In this document: in pieces, positions 25,027-28,891 of the stretch
Layout of the letters: each line of letters starts with the position of its first letter
How positions within the stretch are numbered: position 1 is the stretch's first letter
Virus record (IMG/VR): IMGVR_UViG_3300002307_001836
Coordinates: 1-28,891 of that record
Strand: one strand, 5' to 3'
DNA length: 28,891 nucleotides
DNA from: a virus
Taxonomy: Duplodnaviria > Caudoviricetes
Notes under the pieces: generated by a model
What the model was told of the DNA's origin: nothing
The model's database searches: none
What the model saw: only the letters and a program-made list of their open reading frames with translations
Position numbers and translations under genes: made by a program

Positions 25027-26147
25027 TTATACCATTCTTTTTTAAAAGATTTAAACATACCATAATCCGTATAGTAGGTATTCCATTTAGTTGAGGCTAT
25101 TAACCGTTTACCTGCATTGCTATTAAGAAACTTAATAATTTCTTTACCCTCTTCTTCAGAAGAAATGGCAATTCCAAAAGTAAGTTGACTCATTCCGTAC
25201 TCTCCTTTATAGTCGTTGTACGGATATTGTAACTCGTTTTGATTTAATAAAACCTTTGGTATACCGTAATGTGTAGTGTCATTTTTTTGTAAACTATCAA
25301 AATATTTTATACCAAGACCGGATTTATTGATAGTATGTACAACTAGATATTTGCAGTCTTTTGTTGGTGTATCGCTGTGATTTTTTTGTGTGTGATAAAA
25401 TGTATTATACAGTACTGATGTACCCTTTCCAAGTAATTGTGCAATTTCATCAATTGCATAATTAGGAAGCCAATCAAAATTAGCAAGATCTAAATCGCGT
25501 GTCACGCCTTCATGATCTACTACAACTGTATTTTTATATTTTTCTTTCTTTTGTAAAATGTAATAGTCAACACGAACACCAATTCCAAACCAATCTTGAT
25601 CACCTTTACCAGAACTCATCACAAGTTTTTCCATTTGATTATCTTGTGTGAGCAATTTCCAAAAGTTATTTCGATCTTCGGGTTTACGCCAAGCGTTGGG
25701 ATGAATAAATGCAAAATGTCCGTTGTCTTTTAAAATAGAAAGTCCTTTGGTTACAAACTCGGCCCACAGCTCAGATGCACCTCGGCTACCCATCCTGCTG
25801 TCAGACTTGGGCTTTTGATAAGGTGGATTACCAACAATAACGTCAAACTTCATATTAAAATCCTGTTCTAAAAAATTAGTTACTGCATAATTACCCAGTA
25901 ACTTATACTTATTTAAAGCATATTGTACTTGATGTTCGTATTCCTCGCAACCGAATACTCTGCCAGAAATATTCTTCTTTGAATGACCAGCTTCTAATAA
26001 ACGACGTTCAATCTCTCGTACAAACTGGCCGCCAGCCATGCCTGGATCTAAAAAAGTTGTAGTTGTGCTAGTCCAAATGGCAGTTGGGAGTTGATCCAAC
26101 ATCTCATTTACCAGTGGAGCTATTTCAAATTTTATACGTGATAACAT
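25023..26147 (-). CDS. Eco57I-like N6-adenine DNA methyltransferase
   Basis: FLDPGMAGGQF, KFDVIVGNPPYQ and LK.NG..AFIHP..W, plus a putative C-terminal TRD. Confidence 0.9.
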   Translation of the reverse strand: MLSRIKFEIAPLVNEMLDQLPTAIWTSTTTTFLDPGMAGGQFVREIERRLLEAGHSKKNISGRVFGCEEYEHQVQYALNKYKLLGNYAVTNFLEQDFNMKFDVIVGNPPYQKPKSDSRMGSRGASELWAEFVTKGLSILKDNGHFAFIHPNAWRKPEDRNNFWKLLTQDNQMEKLVMSSGKGDQDWFGIGVRVDYYILQKKEKYKNTVVVDHEGVTRDLDLANFDWLPNYAIDEIAQLLGKGTSVLYNTFYHTQKNHSDTPTKDCKYLVVHTINKSGLGIKYFDSLQKNDTTHYGIPKVLLNQNELQYPYNDYKGEYGMSQLTFGIAISSEEEGKEIIKFLNSNAGKRLIASTKWNTYYTDYGMFKSFKKEWYK

Positions 26148-26148
26148 A

Positions 26149-27426
26149 TCAGTTAAACTTTAGGTCTAATAAGTCGCGATTGATAAAACCACCAAGCACC
26201 AGATCTTTGATTAAATCATAATCTACACCAAAATCAGCACCAATCCCGTTGCGCACACTTGCAGGACGTTGATCAATAATATCGAATGCTTCATCTATGG
26301 TTGATCCGCCTTGGTAACGAATGATATCGATATTTTGTGCGATAGTAACAATTACCTCTCTAGCACGAGCAATCTCTTTAGCACTGGCATCAATCTTGCT
26401 TTCACCAGTCTTATGTTTTGGTGCAGGACCTCTTGTTTTACCACGCTGTGCGGATTCTTGCTTGGCGGCACGAAATACGTCAGCGTTGCCTTGTGCCAGG
26501 GCTCTTATTTCATCCGCACTCAATTTGTTCAAGTGAGCTACTTTTCCAATTATGCGATCGATACTATTACGGGCCAGGGCTTCTTCTAGGTAACTGTCAA
26601 TTTCAATTTTGTTGGCACCATCTATACCACAACGAAAGATATCTACTGTACGCAACACGTCACGCAAGGCATCCTTGAGGTCTTTGAGACCTTTATTGGC
26701 CTTGTAGTTTTGTGCCGTTTCAATAAGCATAGCATCAAACTTGTCATCTCTGTTGGGATCAAAACTTAAACTGATTACTCGGCCAACCTTGCCTGCCTTG
26801 TCAGGAGTAAGGGCACGGCTCATTTTTTGTATAGTGGCACCATTGTCGCCAGTGTCATAAGCAAGATATAGTTCAGTAATCTCAGGAATACTAAAACTAC
26901 GTTGTGCCATACCGGCACTCAATAATAGTACAGATTTTCCGTCCTTAAATGCTTTTTCAATCACTTCCTTGCACTTGTATTCAGCAGTGGCATTGGTCAT
27001 TTCCTCGCCATACACTGCCTGTACCACAAATCCTGGCAATGCCTCTTGTGCGATATGTTCAGCGATGCCTACGTTATCGTTGGTAGCAGAACCTGACAAA
27101 AACATCATCGCAACCTTGGGTCCTTCTTTTTTAGGATTACGGCCGGTTTGATAGTCTACGTTTAATTCGTCTGCTCCGTGTTGCCCCAGGAATACTGCTT
27201 GGAGCATACGGGTAAAGAATCCTTTTGCTTTAACTGGATTAGCCGCAAACTTACTCCAGCTTGGAAGAAAAATACCATCTTCAATAAAGGCATCGGGGTC
27301 GCTTGTTCGTGCAAGTTCAACTACACTAGACAAGTTCATCTGATAAAACTCAACATCAACTACTAAACTGTGTCGTTTGGTATCTACTGCAAAGTGTTCT
27401 AATTTTTTTGTAATATCAAAGTTCAT
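26149..27426 (-). CDS. Putative SF2 helicase C-terminal half (restriction-subunit-like)
   Basis: LLSAGMAQRSFSIPEI (motif V-like) and TIQKMSRALTP (motif VI-like). Confidence 0.65.
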   Translation of the reverse strand: MNFDITKKLEHFAVDTKRHSLVVDVEFYQMNLSSVVELARTSDPDAFIEDGIFLPSWSKFAANPVKAKGFFTRMLQAVFLGQHGADELNVDYQTGRNPKKEGPKVAMMFLSGSATNDNVGIAEHIAQEALPGFVVQAVYGEEMTNATAEYKCKEVIEKAFKDGKSVLLLSAGMAQRSFSIPEITELYLAYDTGDNGATIQKMSRALTPDKAGKVGRVISLSFDPNRDDKFDAMLIETAQNYKANKGLKDLKDALRDVLRTVDIFRCGIDGANKIEIDSYLEEALARNSIDRIIGKVAHLNKLSADEIRALAQGNADVFRAAKQESAQRGKTRGPAPKHKTGESKIDASAKEIARAREVIVTIAQNIDIIRYQGGSTIDEAFDIIDQRPASVRNGIGADFGVDYDLIKDLVLGGFINRDLLDLKFN

Positions 27427-27452
27427 AGTAACCTTATTAACTTAATAATACT

Positions 27453-27482
27453 ATTATAACATTAATGGGAATTATGGGTCAA
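27453..27482 (-). promoter_or_regulatory. sigma70-type promoter TTGACC-N18-TATAAT with extended TG
   Basis: Sits at the junction of the two helicase halves. Confidence 0.7.
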
Positions 27483-28418
27483 CCGTTTTTCGATAAGCAA
27501 TTCTGGATAGGTTACAGACAAATAGTGATCTACGTTCCAAGTACCGGCAGCTTTGTCACCGTTTGTACCGGTCATTAATACTACTACATCATCCTGGTCA
27601 CGTGCATCAATCAATGGTTGACTTTGGTTTGATTTATGTACTCCAAAATCTGCTTCGTCTACCAACAACAAACGAACGCAATCGCGACTAAACAAATAAT
27701 CAATTTTAGTTTGACGACGTGTGCCCGAACACATAGATAGTAATGCCACAACCTGTTTACCTTGTGCAAGACCTGCATCAATAACTTCTTGATAGTCATC
27801 GTTTGCTGTGTCAATTAATACTAGATTTTTGAACTGTTCAAAACTGGTTAAATCTTTTTCAAAACTTGCAAAAGAGGTCAATACATAACTTGCCACAATA
27901 GTAAGGCTAGCATTGGTTTCACGCACTATTGCTCCAGACCAAATTGTTTTGCCAAATCTAGCGCATAATTCTGCAACAACAGTTCTGGAACCATTGGCAA
28001 TAGCACTCAACACATTCATTGCCGCATCCGCTTGATTTTGACTTAGTCCTGCTATAGGTAATGCCTGGCCTACCTTGGACAAGATCTTGTTTACCTTAGT
28101 TTTGATTTCTGTGGCCGATAGTTCGTGTACCTCACCTGTACTGCCCTTACGAAATCCAATACCAGGACGAATTTGATCGTCAACCTTGCCATGGATATAA
28201 TAGCGACTGACTTTCTTTGCGTATTCAGTTACGTCCCAGATACATTCTAACTGTATGGTGCCATCACGAATCAAGTCCTTACGGACACCAATGGAACTTT
28301 TGATACGTTTCCATACTTCTGCTTCTGGATCTTGTCCAGCAAAAACCCAGCGTTCGCCAAATTTTGCTTCGTTTGGTTTGTCTTTTTCGTACCACAAATA
28401 GCAAAACATACGGTCCAT
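27462..28418 (-). CDS. SF2 DExD helicase N-terminal half with a possible N-terminal nuclease-like domain
   Basis: LSQNQ (Q motif), LCARFGKT (Walker A), LLVDEAD (Walker B), MTGT (motif III). AAGGAG SD. Confidence 0.8.
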   Translation of the reverse strand: MDRMFCYLWYEKDKPNEAKFGERWVFAGQDPEAEVWKRIKSSIGVRKDLIRDGTIQLECIWDVTEYAKKVSRYYIHGKVDDQIRPGIGFRKGSTGEVHELSATEIKTKVNKILSKVGQALPIAGLSQNQADAAMNVLSAIANGSRTVVAELCARFGKTIWSGAIVRETNASLTIVASYVLTSFASFEKDLTSFEQFKNLVLIDTANDDYQEVIDAGLAQGKQVVALLSMCSGTRRQTKIDYLFSRDCVRLLLVDEADFGVHKSNQSQPLIDARDQDDVVVLMTGTNGDKAAGTWNVDHYLSVTYPELLIEKRLTHNSH

Positions 28419-28451
28419 TTTGTTCGCTCCTTATTAAATTACTATACTACT

Positions 28452-28480
28452 ATTATAGCAAATTGGGTATTTTTGGTCAA
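28452..28480 (-). promoter_or_regulatory. sigma70-type promoter TTGACC-N17-TATAAT
   Basis: Consensus with an extended TG; drives the RM-like cluster. Confidence 0.85.
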
Positions 28481-28483
28481 CCT

Positions 28484-28789
28484 CTAAAATTTAAGCTCAA
28501 ACAATACCAGTTCTTCATCTCCGCGGATGTACAAACGATATCCATAATCTGTATCCCAAGCCCATTTGGGCTGGTTGATTCTTTTGATGTTTTCTAGATG
28601 TACGGCCCATTCGCGTTCCATTCCGGGACCAAACGAAGTCCAACAAAAATCACGCCAACCAACGAATCTTTCACGCACTGCGCCCATTTCTGACAGGACC
28701 TTGCGATCGTACACTGGTTCAACAATATATTTGAAAATCCTATAACCACTGTAACGACGATCTAGTTTCTTTACTGTATAGTTTTTCAT
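28484..28789 (-). CDS. Phage hypothetical protein (101 aa)
   Basis: AAGGA SD; KLDRRYSG...R.FCW.SFGP...RLYI..DEEL.LF.LKF. Confidence 0.7.
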   Translation of the reverse strand: MKNYTVKKLDRRYSGYRIFKYIVEPVYDRKVLSEMGAVRERFVGWRDFCWTSFGPGMEREWAVHLENIKRINQPKWAWDTDYGYRLYIRGDEELVLFELKF

Positions 28790-28891
28790 ACATCCTTAGG
28801 TTGAAGCTCACCCCACCCCGGCGGTCAATATTGCCTGAATCCCTCATGCCCCACGGCACAACGATCGGTTTCTCGATAGAGATCAGCGACC

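Noticed and set aside
10488-28486. Stop-codon reassignment, as seen in some huge phages
   Set aside because: TAA, TAG and TGA all terminate genes at sensible positions, and conserved proteins are full length in code 11.
1666-28597. All remaining plus-strand ORFs in the track
   Set aside because: They lie antisense to well-supported minus-strand genes and show no motifs; all promoters found point to the minus strand.
28790-28891. Right-edge sequence: possible 3' end of a gene (...VADLYRETDRCAVGHEGFRQY*) and a G-rich run
   Set aside because: Too short to assign a frame or function; only two clear G-tracts lie close together, so a G-quadruplex is not supported.

Overview
A 28.9 kb fragment of a large tailed dsDNA phage (jumbo/huge myovirus-like). 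The host is probably proteobacterial; that is inferred from sigma70-consensus promoters and the ErpA/IF-1/PlcP/OlsB sequence types. Every credible gene is on the minus strand, and many are coupled by ATGA/TAATG overlaps. In window order: (1) a late virion-fibre cluster with a Thr/Gln-rich collagen-like fibre running off the left edge, a beta-helix fibre, an Ig-repeat protein and a small gp9/gp10-like protein; (2) ErpA/IscA, Fe/Mn SOD and IF-1, invaded by two free-standing GIY-YIG homing endonucleases, one of which appears to have duplicated or replaced the 3' end of its neighbouring gene; (3) a SleB-type cell-wall hydrolase plus a small membrane protein, behind a long, highly structured leader; (4) a radical SAM protein, an Hc1 histone-like protein, and an atypical tRNA-fMet preceded by a run of stem-bracketed candidate ncRNAs; (5) small early genes behind consensus sigma70 promoters; (6) a PlcP-RimK-OlsB-like operon that may remodel host membrane lipids; (7) an FkbM-radical SAM fusion, rubredoxin and rubrerythrin; (8) a restriction-modification-like cluster with a split SF2 helicase, two paralogous N6-MTases and an ABC-ATPase/GNAT fusion. 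Two promoter classes are visible: TTGAC-N16-18-TATAAT and T4-late-like (T/G/C)ATAAATA. Several transcripts appear to be leaderless. All family calls come from motif recognition by eye; no database searches were run.
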